In this document: positions 52,950 through 64,000 of the stretch, one piece after another
Layout: each line of letters opens with the position of its first letter
How positions within the stretch are numbered: the first letter of the stretch is position 1
Assembly (NCBI GenBank): GCA_025201805.1
Contig: MU619303.1
Location: forward strand, 85,867 to 149,866
Origin: Parasitella parasitica NRRL 2501
Lineage: Eukaryota; Fungi; Mucoromycota
Direction of reading: 5' to 3'
Length of the DNA: 64,000 bases
Made by a program: the position numbers and the translations under genes
The notes under the pieces: model-generated
What the model saw: only the letters and a program-made list of their open reading frames with translations
Databases searched by the model: none
Told to the model about the DNA's origin: nothing

Positions 52950-53269
52950 TTTTGTATAATCTAAACACGAGTTAAACAAGAACAAAAGGGAGAAGAAGAT
53001 GCAACTGAAAATTTAGCATCTAAATTTAAGGGAAAAAATACAGACTGGAACTTTAAAGTTTGCTGGACAATAGATCTGTGTCAGCAGAATTGCAAGTCTA
53101 GCGTGTTACACGAGGCAGACCCCACACACTATAACACATTTGTGCAACTTTCCTTGACTGGGTGAACTCTTAAACATTATGGTAAATTTTCTCTTTATTA
53201 AAATTACACTTAAATGTTGCCCAAAACAATTTTATCTACCTGTACACCCATCATTTTCTCTTTTTTTAT

Positions 53270-54388
53270 TTAAAATGCCATATTCATTGCTCTCATTGAG
53301 TACTCAACGCCCAAGAATGTGGCAGCATTGGCAGGGAAAGCTCTCAACATAGCAGGGCCAAGACCCTTGAACAAGGCAGCAGGGCCGTCAGTCTTAATTG
53401 TCTTTTTAAGACAATCGCCTAAACCACTATATGTACCAGCAGGAGCAGATTGCAAACGAGATTTAAGCACATCGGGAGGAATAGCGATGGTCCACATAGC
53501 AACGCCAGCCATACCTAGTTCAATAATCAATATTTCAGCCTATTTTAGCTTTAGAATGGCAAAACTTACCGCCAGCAAACAAGACAGCACCGAAGCTCAG
53601 ATCTTCAGGGCGGGCGCCTTCAGGAGTAAGACCCTTCTTGATTAATTCGTAGGCAACAAAGTAGGCAGCAGAACCGGGTGAATCACGCAACAATGTAGCA
53701 CCAGTGCCTCTCCAGATGGAGCGAACACCACCTTCCTTGTACAATTGACGAACAACATCCAAAGGTCCCTTGTACTTTTGCTCACCGCCTTGACCTTGGA
53801 TTTGCATCAAGACCTTGACACGCTCGGAGGGTGCCATGAATAAAGTGGTAGGAATAGCAGAAAAGGCACCAGCAAAGGTAATCTCGGCCAAACTGAGTTG
53901 TTTGCTGGTATTTTCTTTATCAGTTCTTAATCCATACACAATCTTCTTGCCTAAATCGTAAGACTATACTCATTGAGATTCAGTATTCTGCTGCCCCTTT
54001 CTTGATCGATATCTATACGTACCCAGAAACTAACTGCGAAAATCGGTGTGATGCTGGCTAATGGGGTAGCCATGCCACGATATAACCCGAAAATGCCATC
54101 TTTCTTTACAATTTGCTTGAAACAATCAGCAGTGCTCTTGTAAACGCCTTCGCTGGTCTGAAGACGGACCTTGACCAAATCAAAAGGTTGGCTAGTATGG
54201 AATCATTAACTTTGCCTCCTCTTTTTTNNNNNNNNNNNNNNNNNNNNNNNNNNNNNNNNNNNNNNNNNNNNNCCAACCAGGACAGATGCCATACCACCGA
54301 AACCACCAGAAAGGAAGGACTTGACAGATGAGATGGTATCGTTCTTCACCTCAATTGTAACGGGCTCAATTTGTTCAGCAGTAGCCAT
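53270..54388 (-). CDS. CRC1: Mitochondrial carnitine/acylcarnitine carrier (SLC25A20-like)
   Basis: SFLSGGFGG, QPFDLVKVRLQT, GLYRGMATPL, APSERVKVLMQIQ, RDSPGSAAYF, PPDVLKSRLQSAP, RAFPANAA (CACT signature). First intron overlaps an N gap. Confidence 0.95.
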
Positions 54389-55943
54389 TTTTTTATGTGT
54401 AAAATAACGAAGTTGAAAAAGATGGAAAAGAGAGATAAAAAGGAAACTCGTGTTATTTAAGGCCTCTTTCTCTTTCTTAGGTATATGTATACACGACCTT
54501 AAATTTGCGGGGTAATTTCCGGTTGTTCAATTGGATCTTTTGTGTGCAAGATGATGTTTACAATTCATATGAAGATAGCTGGGTTGCATATATCCCACTG
54601 TCATCACAATTCATTGGGTGGCTTGCTTTGTTCTTATTTTCCCATCACTCTGTAACTGATAAGAAAAGCGGCTATTTAGTCATCTCGTTTTGGATAAGAT
54701 GTAGCGAGCGCTAAATTGGTTTGTTTCTTCACTGTAATCTCTTGCCCTTGCATGACGATTATACCATTGCACGCATAAGTAAGCGATTCTGAATAATTTA
54801 TCCATTTCCATTAAGTATCCAGTGTTGCTTTTTCAAGATTCAATAGACCAACTGAATCTATCAGCTTTATGAGGATTATCGACTAAATTAGCAGCATGTG
54901 GCTATTGGGATCCATCTCAAACGACACATAGTCTCCAATTTGTAGTAATAAACACTATGCCTATAGGGATTTCGGGCGTCATTTGATAACAATGGAGCAG
55001 TGAATGGCATTACAATGCCAAAACAGTTGATTAGGTACAAAGTTTTTATGTCAATGAATCTTCAAGTTATTTTTTTTTCTAGCAAGTTGCAATTACAGGT
55101 GGCTTTGGTAATTGTATTAATTGAAGTATCTATCTACTACTACATAAGTGCTGTATTAGCTCATCTATTTGATATTCGTTCCTGCTTTGAATGTATAGCA
55201 GATTATGAACAACTGCGTTGCTAAATTCAGGGGTACAGCGGAACTACAGTGCTAATCATTATGAAACACGCTTTTCAAAGTGAAGCTGCATTAATCAATA
55301 TAAAATCATAAACTTCAAGTCTACCGTAAATCGTTAGGTTTGAAAGCTCAATTGCGAGAGAAATATACGTGCGCAAAGGCAATTTTCATACAAAGTTGAA
55401 GCATTAATTTACCAAATACTAGTTAAAAAGCAAATTCTTTGAACATTTACACTGTTTTACTGATCAAGTCTATGCATAGCTCTTGTGGACTACACCTTTG
55501 TCACACATCAGCGCCAGTATTCGCCAAAACGCGACATGGGCGTAAGCTTCAACCGTGTTGTTTGTTAACTGCAAAATTATCAGCAAATGAGATTTGTGTA
55601 TTTGGCAGTAGTTCATGCAAGTACTGTTACTTGACATATTTGATTGCTGAAAACTGCTGGAAAGCAAGACACTTCTAATAAATTTGTACATTGTATGAAA
55701 TATCATGTATATTAATCGACAATGCAAGTTTATAATTTGGTTGATTTGTGTATTCCTTGATTCCTCCAGAGAGCTGTAAAAGTCACATGAACACAGATCA
55801 AGATTGGGTTTTGTTGCAGTTGTTAATTGTCATGACTGAACCAAATGCAAGTTTTGACTTTATTAGACAATTGTTGTCGCATTTTTTACCTTTCCTTTCT
55901 TTCCCTTTTTCTTTTCATACAAACAGCCAAAAATAACGCAGCT

Positions 55944-58200
55944 ATGGAAAACCGAGGTGGTAGGGTCGCAAAGTGGACTTGTGTTAGGATTATCCTGTAA
56001 CGTTTACAATAGATTTCTATAACAACAACCGAAGACTGAGAGGCCAGCAGCCAACGGTTTCAAGAGCTGATATGGCCTCTTCTTGGAGATCGCAAAGAGA
56101 TCAGATTTTAGATAACCCTACCAAGAAAAGACGAAATCTTGGCGACAAGCCTCATGATGGCCCTGAAAGACTCAACTGTAAGTGCAGCCCTACATGTATA
56201 TGATGGATTATGCCTTAATTATGAAAACAAGGCGTGTATAACACTACAATTCAGCGAGATAACAGAGTCTCTTTATGGTGTGGTGATGTCCAGAGACACC
56301 ATGTCAGAGCTCAACCTACTTCTGCATTTACAGTGTTCAGCGATTCGCAATCGAATCAGTCTTCACCAGCACAACAAACAGGTTTGTATCCTATATAATG
56401 ACTTGATTAGATACAAACTTAACTTTTCTATCTCGTAGTCGGTAGTAGCTTGAATGCAAGCAATCCTTCAGTTGTATTGTTATCACCTCTGCAGCAATCC
56501 ATGAACATGCCTACTTTGGTCAACTCTATACCGCCCTTGACGTTTACTTCAGCTCTTTTAAGATCCCCAGAAATGGCGCTACAGCGTCTACCTGAATCTC
56601 AGTTTGGCTTCAGTCAAATCCCTAGCTTCAATCAACCACCCAACGTATCTGAAAACTTGACTAATTGTTCTCCGCCGTTTTCGCCATGGTCTAATAACGC
56701 TAATATGTTACAACTCCGAGATGCGAATCAGCGAACTCTGTTTAACAGTAGCATGGCAATAAGCAAGCACAATGAAGTTGCTAACAAGCCTGAAGATATT
56801 TGCAATCTCAACGCACCAAATAAACAAGCAACACCTACATGGTCAGAGATTGCAGCCGGAGATCCTGAAGCCTATAATCGTCGTCTTAGCACTGTTCCTC
56901 ACTCTGGCATTGCCAGTTCTTCCAAAGCAAAGGAAGCAATTTTTTCCAAGGTGGAGCAAGAAAGCTCGGCTTCAGGAAACATGATGGATGTTGATATGCA
57001 AGACGTCGCTTCTACATTTTCAACCGCCATGATGGCTCCTCCCATCCGTGGATCGAGGTACATCACTGATTCATTGGCTTTCATCTCTTCTGGTGTCAGT
57101 AACGATCAAAATATATCTGTCGATCGACCTTACACAGTTCTCAAGGTTAAAAACGTACATGGTCTTTAGCGCTTTCTTTTTTGTTTTTGTTTTTGTTTTT
57201 TCATTTTTAATGAAAGAAGTACTAAATTATACTTATATTCAGATATCCTGGAATGTCAGCGAATCTGACGTTTCGGATGCACTTTCTCGATACAAAGCCT
57301 TTAGATTGCCAGATGTTAAAAAGCTTCCGCAATGCATCCATGCAAGTAGTCTGGTGTCCGATAATTGTCGCTTATTGCTAACATTTTGATTTTGACTTAG
57401 ATACTCATGGATGTAAAAAGTGGAAAAACTTTGAACACTGCCTATGTAGAATTGGAGATGAGCGCCTTGTCTGACAATCAGATCAATTCTGTTATCCGTA
57501 CTATCAATATACCGCAAGCCCAAGGGCGTCATATTAGTATTTGTCGTAGTTCTTACGATGAACTTTGCAATGAACTATTTTCCAACTGGAGGGGACAATT
57601 CAAAAATGGCATTGCACATCCTTATACTGACTCCAGAGACTCTTCAACTGCGCAGAAATCACAATATTACATTAGTCAAAAAGATTTGCAACGCTTATTG
57701 AATGTCTGTCGATTCTTCAAGGTACACAAGGTTACGAAATAGTGTATTTGAAAGCTGAACGTATTCTGCTTTTTCGTTTAGACTTACTATAATCGAAAAT
57801 GTGCTGAAAGACCCTTTGAATATTTGATCACAATCATTATGAACATGCCCTGGAAACAGCCGCATGCTGTTACAACAGCTCAACGTGATATTATTTACGA
57901 GTGCTACAAACTAGCAACCGGTAAACCCTTTCAATGTATGCATATTTGGGCAACAACGCTAAAGTAACCCACATTTATTCTATAGAGGCTCTCTTCAAGC
58001 ATGTCAATCGCACATATCATTCATTTGACGATGAATTGCTACCTAGAATGGTTCGTGCAGCGATTATCTGTGATGGCTTCACTGTCAAACAAAAGAAAGT
58101 TGTACTTTCCAATGCAAAAATGGCATGTCCAAAGGATTTAGAATCTTTCGTGCAAGAGCCCGCTCTCAATGCATCAGGTTTTACTACTTTTCTTCGTTGA
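55944..58200 (+). CDS. Uncharacterised fungal RRM-domain protein (multi-exon)
   Basis: Low-complexity N-terminus. RRM VLKVKN|ISWNV...CIH|ILMDVKSGKTLNTAYVEL...GRHISICRSSYDEL, then a helical domain RKCAERPFEYLITIIMNMPW...QRDIIYECY...RAAIICDGFTVKQK. Confidence 0.8.
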
Positions 58201-59588
58201 GCAAAAAATATCAAGAGGGCTTTTCAATCATAATATCTAGTCCTTCAGACATATTGGTTTTTTCACAGCCTTTTCACAAAAAAAAAAAAAAGCTATCCAG
58301 TCTCTTTTTCATAGGAAAATTTATGCATTAAATAAAAATTCATATTCGTAATGGCAGTTGCTTGGTTTCTTTTTGTTCAAAAATTTAAAGAAACACCAAA
58401 ATCATTACAAAAGAATGCTGTGTATTAAGCATTGTGGCATATGTATAGAAGTTTCCACCCTATAATAAAATGCCAAGATACTTTAAACAGCAGTGATCGA
58501 GTGAATTTTGAATTGAGTTTGGGCTTCAAAGTTTTACCGCATCCCCCTTGTACCAGTGGTCATCATTTACTATAATAAATACAGCAGAAGATGGAAGTGA
58601 ATGATTATCAATATATAGCATTTCATACTAAAATTTATACATCACAACATTCCATATTCTTTCCTGAAAAGTACAAACTTCTAGCACTAAAGAAATGATT
58701 GAAGTTCATCATACACAATGAAATGTGAAAATGAACTACACGATTGCTATACAAGCCAACATAAAGACCATACACCCTACGGTGTAACTAATGACAAGTT
58801 TATCGCAAGTGATTAGCATTTGAAATCTTAGACATTATAAAGGCAGCAATTGTTAATTAATTAATTAATCAGTAATGGGAACAGTTTGAAGAGAAAGTTG
58901 GCAAAATTACGATGCGTTTTAAAAGTGATAAGCAAATGATTTGGAATACGCTCCTCGTTCCATGTGGTGAACAATAAATAGTTAGTTCAGAAACAGATGG
59001 AACACGAGCTCTTTTATTTTATTCTCACAGGCAGTAATCAAAGTTAATGATCAAGATATTTGTGTTTCATGCGAAATGGAGCATCTTAATTATTGGTAAC
59101 ATAATGCAAGCACAAGATCGTTGACATCATAAAATAGGGGAACATCTAATGTATGCATGGCTGTGAATAATGCGTATATTTATTGACATATGTGAACATA
59201 TTGTGTGGGATCTTTTTCAAACATAAAAATAAGTACACAGAGCATTAGTCTGAAGAGAAGAGAAGAATATCAATAACGATTACATGTCTGTGTCCTCCTA
59301 AATTTACCATGCACCAACAGACGTACATAGTAATTTTACCAAAATAGGACTTGGACGCATCAACATACATACAAAACAAGTTATATGTTTTTCCTGCGGA
59401 TGTAAATCATCGTTTGAAAAAAAAAAGGATCGTTGAAATAAAGAGATACGGGAAAGAGAATGTACATAAAAGAGAAATTATTGAGAAAAGAAAGAATGTA
59501 TATGTATATATGTATAATAATGTATGTATAAAATGAATAAATAAATTGGTATTTGGGAGAGAGGGAGGTATCCATAGTTACAGATGTA

Positions 59589-60590
59589 TTATTTAGTGGA
59601 TAAACCAGCCAGTTGTATCTCCAATTCATATATACGCTGCTTGTGATTGGTTACTTCTTGTTGCAAGATACGAATGTGATCGACTGATTTTCGCAAGATG
59701 GCACCTTTATTAGGTTTATTGTTATTGTTACCATTCAAGCCAGTCAATTCGTCAAGCATCACTTTGGGTAACATGGTACCTAACTCTTGAATCCTTTCGT
59801 TGATATTTTCTCGTCTACGGCGTTCAACTATTTTATGTGAGATAATGGGTTAGTTTTTAATTCGTTGATTTGGAATACATATGCAACATACCTGCATTGT
59901 GAGACTCTCTTCTACGTCGTTTCTTTTCAGAAAGGCGTTGCTGACTATATAAATGTAATGATCAGCGACCAAAAAGTAAAATGAATACAAAATATCTTAC
60001 TTGATTTGAACTGATTCGTATTCTTCAAAACTACGAGAGCCTGTAGCACTTAAACTGTTAGCATCCATAGGCTGATGGTGGAAAGCTGCTAATCCGCTCA
60101 TGTAACCCATGAAGCTATAACCTGCATTGGCAGGTGCTGAGAACGGTTGATGCTGATCAAAAGACAAAGACTGTCTATTTGTGTTGGGGATAATAGGAGA
60201 GCCCATGCTGATACTATTGTGTCTTGGATGATTATATAGGTAAGAAGATGGCAACGAGTTATTTGAGAATATATCCAAAGAAGATGAGTAATCAGAGGGC
60301 GAGTCTTCTTCTGTATTTTCAGGTTGATTGAAAAAACCTAGATTCTGTTGGTTACGATATTGATCAGGAACATTCAAGCCAGTCGACAATGACTCCATAT
60401 CATCAAAATCAGGCAGAGGTGGTGAATTCGACAATGGGGATAAAAAAGGCTGGGTAAAACAGTCTGAGAAGTCATCCATGAACATGCCCGATTCCGTATG
60501 TTGAGAAGCCAATAAATGGTATTCCGTTGGGTTTTTCAACTTGAAAGGTGATGTGCTATCTGTCATATTGGGTTGAATATTATTTTGCAT
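59589..60590 (-). CDS. bHLH-leucine zipper transcription factor (MiT/TFE/Rtg3-like), 3 exons
   Basis: KKRRRRESHNA|VERRRRENINERIQELGTMLP...KPNKGAILRKSVDHIRILQQEV. Acidic, Ser-rich N-terminus. Confidence 0.9.
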
Positions 60591-61990
60591 TTAATAAGAA
60601 AGTTTGTGAAGAAAAAGAAAATGAAGGTTAAATATAAAGGTAAAACGCTCATGTATTTATACCTTTTTCTGTGCAATTCCTGGAAAAGTAATCTCCAAAA
60701 AAGCGGGAATTCGAGCCAATCAAGCCATTGGAAAATGGAATCAGAAGAAAAACGAACATATGATGAATCAAATGAACTTCGAACGCGGGTCAGAGTACCT
60801 CTTTTTCCCTCTTTTTTTTCTCTTTCAACGTGAGTAATAATTTGAATGTTAATATTTAGTTGTGTGCTAATTCTGTTTCTGCTTGTCTCTCCCTTCTATT
60901 CTTTTTTTAAAAAATCACAATCAATATATTTTGTCGTGATGGTGGTCTGTGCATTGTCGTCTGTGATCGAATTTTTCAGATCTTACTATAATATGACCAT
61001 ACGACAGGTATGGTAGCATGTTCAATACATTCTGTATATGTACGATATACATACATAAATATACAAGATATATCACAAAATGTTATTGGTTAGTCTCATA
61101 TTGTAATGTTATATTTTTACTCCTTGTTTAAATATACTATTTTTGCCATTTTGATCCGAGATGACGACGCAGCGAGATTTGGCAATAACATAATACCAAA
61201 TCAGATGNNNNNNNNNNAAAAAAAAAAAAAAAAAAAACCGCCCTCCCCATTGCTATGCACAACTCCTAAGTGTGTAGTAGATATGAAATGCAGAGAAGCG
61301 CACCATCGTAATAAAGCAAGCAAGCTAAAATTCAAATTTCTTTATTAAATTTAGAAGTATTGATTTGTTGTTGGGGAAAAGGTACAGGTACTACATGCAC
61401 ACAGAAAAGCCGCTTTAAAATAAATCAAAAATAGTTGCATTGATTACAACGTATCATCGTACTTGTTTCCAATGCATTTAAAATGGCATATCGAAATAAT
61501 TCTTGAGTCCTTATCAGTTATAGAAATGAAAAGCAGATGATATCCATGTCAATAATGCGTATGAGCAGAATATTACCGCAATCTAAGCAATTTTCAGATT
61601 TTCTCGATACGATTTTATCAGGCCATGTATTATAGCTTTTTTGTTTTTAAGCTTTGACGCGGCAACATGGTACTTATCCTGAATGCATAGTTGAATTCGG
61701 GGCATACCGTAAGTAAAATATACACAAATTCAGTCGATACTTCAAAACTTGATCGTTCCTATTAAGATAGGTCTAAAACGATTGATTGATTCAGCTATAC
61801 TTCACACCTTCTCGAAACTTGGTAAAGTAATTTCTATCAAACTTTGTAATGGGTTATTGCGCAATTGAAATAAACAGGTTTGAATTCAAACATTGGGGCT
61901 GCAGGTGATTATGTGAATCTATAATCAGAATTCATTTATTTACGTAATGGAAACAAAAACAAAACAAAAACAAAACAAAAAGGTCCACGT

Positions 61991-62805
61991 TTAATATGGT
62001 TTATACCGTTTTTGACTTTTACATGCATTGTCTGAAGACGTATTATTCACAGTGTGAAGTTTCGGTGGCGCTGATGATGAAGGTGATAGTGATGCAGCCG
62101 GTTGTTTGAGTGAATTCAGTTTCTTTTCAATAGCTTTTATTCTTGCATCCATACTAAGTATTAATGAAGAGTTAAATTACTTATCATCAAGCAGTGACAA
62201 AACAAATATACCTCGAATTCTTTAATCGTTGTCCTTTTAACAATGATAGCGTGGTTGGCTTATTATGCGATGCTTGACCTCGTTTTTTTGCTTCATCTTG
62301 CTCGGGTGTCTGCGATTTGTTTTCTTTAGTACGCATAATCTGATAGCTGTGAGAATATTTACCATATGAGCAAATGATACCACCAGAGATTTCCCTTTAA
62401 TAGTTTTACCATGTAGCTGACTTATTGCTTCCAATGCTTGCTAATTACATGAGGTTTAAATCAATAAAATGCGTAGTGCTATACAAAAGAAATATATACC
62501 TCTTTTGTCTCAAATTCCAAGAAACAATAGCCTCTTGGTTGCCCTTTCTTTTCTCCACTCCAGTGCATCATTACTTCAATAAATGTAATTTTACCAAATG
62601 GTTTAAATAGTTGCATAATGGCGTATCTAACTTGTTAGTTACTTTTAAGAAAATAAATTGTAAAAATAGATTACTCTACTTACTCATTGATATCTTTATC
62701 TAAATTACCAATGTACAATCTCTGATAGATCTTATGTTAATAATGTAATATTGGTTTAAACAACTTGATCCCAACCTTTGTATTTGCGCTTTTCGTCGCA
62801 TTCAT
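61991..62805 (-). CDS. RBM18: RBM18-like RRM protein (6 short exons; largely missed by the ORF track)
   Basis: Spliced RLYIGNLDKDINEYAIMQLFKPFGKI...HWSGEKKGQPRGYCFLEF...LHGKTIKGKSLVVSFAH...DARIKAIEKKL...KRYKPY*. Confidence 0.85.
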
Positions 62806-63798
62806 ACTGAAATTTGATACTGGGTAAAAAAAACGGATCGATTACTCCTTTGAAGCCCAAACATGAACACACCAGTTGGACTGCATTATTTTGCTGGACC
62901 CAAACTCAACTATAACCAATTTAGTTGCTACTGTACCTACCAACGTCGTTTCCATGGTCCAGCTGTCAAAATATTTTGGTTGCTATGATACCCAATACAA
63001 TTTCAAGAGTGACGATAGATTCTATGTTGGACAGTACAGATCCAAGAAAAAATACCTACTTGTTGTGTGTTGGCGTGTGCCACACTTGCTAACTGACGAG
63101 CTTATACATTTTATATGAGTATAATGAACATAGAGAATAAAGCACAATTCATGGCTCTGGGCCCTTGTTTTTTCAAATCAATCATCACCTATTGTACACT
63201 AGACTAAAAGTGATTGATTATTTCCAAACATAACCTCAAATAGTAGAACAGTTGAATGGATATGAAATTGCATTCGCCAATAAGATGTTAAACTATGAGG
63301 ACCTAGACTACACCTCATTTATGACATGATGGTCTTTATTGACTCAGATGAATAATTAGATACGGGAGAGAAAAATCGGCGAATTTGCTAATTAATGAAT
63401 TACACCATATGGCTATATATTATCATTATCTATAAACTTGAAAAACAAATAGAAAGTCAATAGATACATACTCACGCTATAAATTAAACAAATTAAGAAA
63501 ACCAAAGAACGAGGAGATAAAGTAATAATAATATAGACAAAAGGTTTAGATCTCTGTGTTGTTCTCGAACCAGGCTGCTAATTTTGGTCCACCGCTTTTG
63601 GCAGACGTTCATGGATAGACATTGGTATAATCACATTTAATGGGTTCCGCATCAATTATCACGCAAGTATAAATAGAAGTATCGACGTTTGAGTCTTTTT
63701 GATACAACATTCAACCAACCTTCAACTTCTTCTTTATATATATAAAAAAAACGCTGGTCGTACTTATTACATACAGAAACACAGAACATACTTTAAAA

Positions 63799-64000
63799 AT
63801 GAAGACATCTATCACTGCTACTCTTATTACTTTGGTTGCTACATTTTTCATGGCAGTTCAAGCTGCTCCTGCTAAACTTGAAGCTCGTGACTCCATGTCT
63901 GGTGATGCCACTTATTATTCTGTCGGGTTAGGATCTTGCGGCGATACTAACTCTGATTCAGAGCTCGTAGCAGCTCTTTCTGAGGAATTGATGGGGACTG
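63799..64000 (+). CDS. Second RlpA-like/expansin-like secreted protein (truncated by window end)
   Basis: TATATAA upstream (~63735). MKTSITATLITLVATFFMAVQAAPAKLEARDSMSGDATYYSVGLGSCGDTNSDSELVAALSEELMG aligns with the 39106-39498 protein. Confidence 0.85.
   Translation, partial: MKTSITATLITLVATFFMAVQAAPAKLEARDSMSGDATYYSVGLGSCGDTNSDSELVAALSEELMGT

Noticed and set aside
54508-54521. CGG-N8-CCG possible Zn2Cys6 site upstream of CRC1
   Set aside because: A single short motif, not seen upstream of CAT2, and not distinguishable from chance.
62863-63400. Plus-strand ORF fragments divergent from RBM18
   Set aside because: Multiple stops and frameshifts, no consistent splice model and no recognisable motif.
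1-64000. CRISPR arrays, rRNA genes, prokaryotic operons or defence systems
   Set aside because: The sequence is spliceosomal-intron-containing fungal DNA; no regularly spaced repeats or rRNA-like segments were seen.

Overview
AT-rich, intron-rich eukaryotic DNA with short (mostly 50-100 nt) GT-AG introns. Gene content and style point to an early-diverging fungus, most likely Mucorales (inference). All family assignments are from manual translation and motif recall; no database search was run. About 23 protein-coding genes were reconstructed by hand across introns: UPF0652/DUF2009 B-box protein, DBP3, SEC24, FAU1 (missed by the ORF track), PNO1, MTD1, a CBA1-like substrate-binding surface protein, a candidate small C2HC zinc-knuckle gene, an ABCC transporter, a P3A H+-ATPase, RPS2, PAQR/IZH, SPG1/TEM1, two RlpA/expansin-like proteins, an orphan membrane protein, BCK1, MOB2, CAT2, CRC1, an uncharacterised RRM protein, a bHLH-Zip factor and RBM18. 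Intergenic regions hold decayed transposons: a DIRS retroelement with RT, RNase H, NPPW methyltransferase and tyrosine-recombinase fragments, three Tc1/mariner remnants and a probable Helitron 3' end. The most interesting candidate system is an ~16 kb neighbourhood in which a cobalamin-acquisition (CBA1-like) binding protein sits head-to-head with MTD1, near FAU1, and upstream of an ABCC transporter; this may be a B12/folate one-carbon locus. Also notable are the adjacent carnitine-shuttle pair CRC1-CAT2 and an SPG1 copy with a switch-II Gln-to-Glu change. Four N gaps lie at 2599-2633, 18141-18150, 54228-54272 and 61208-61217.
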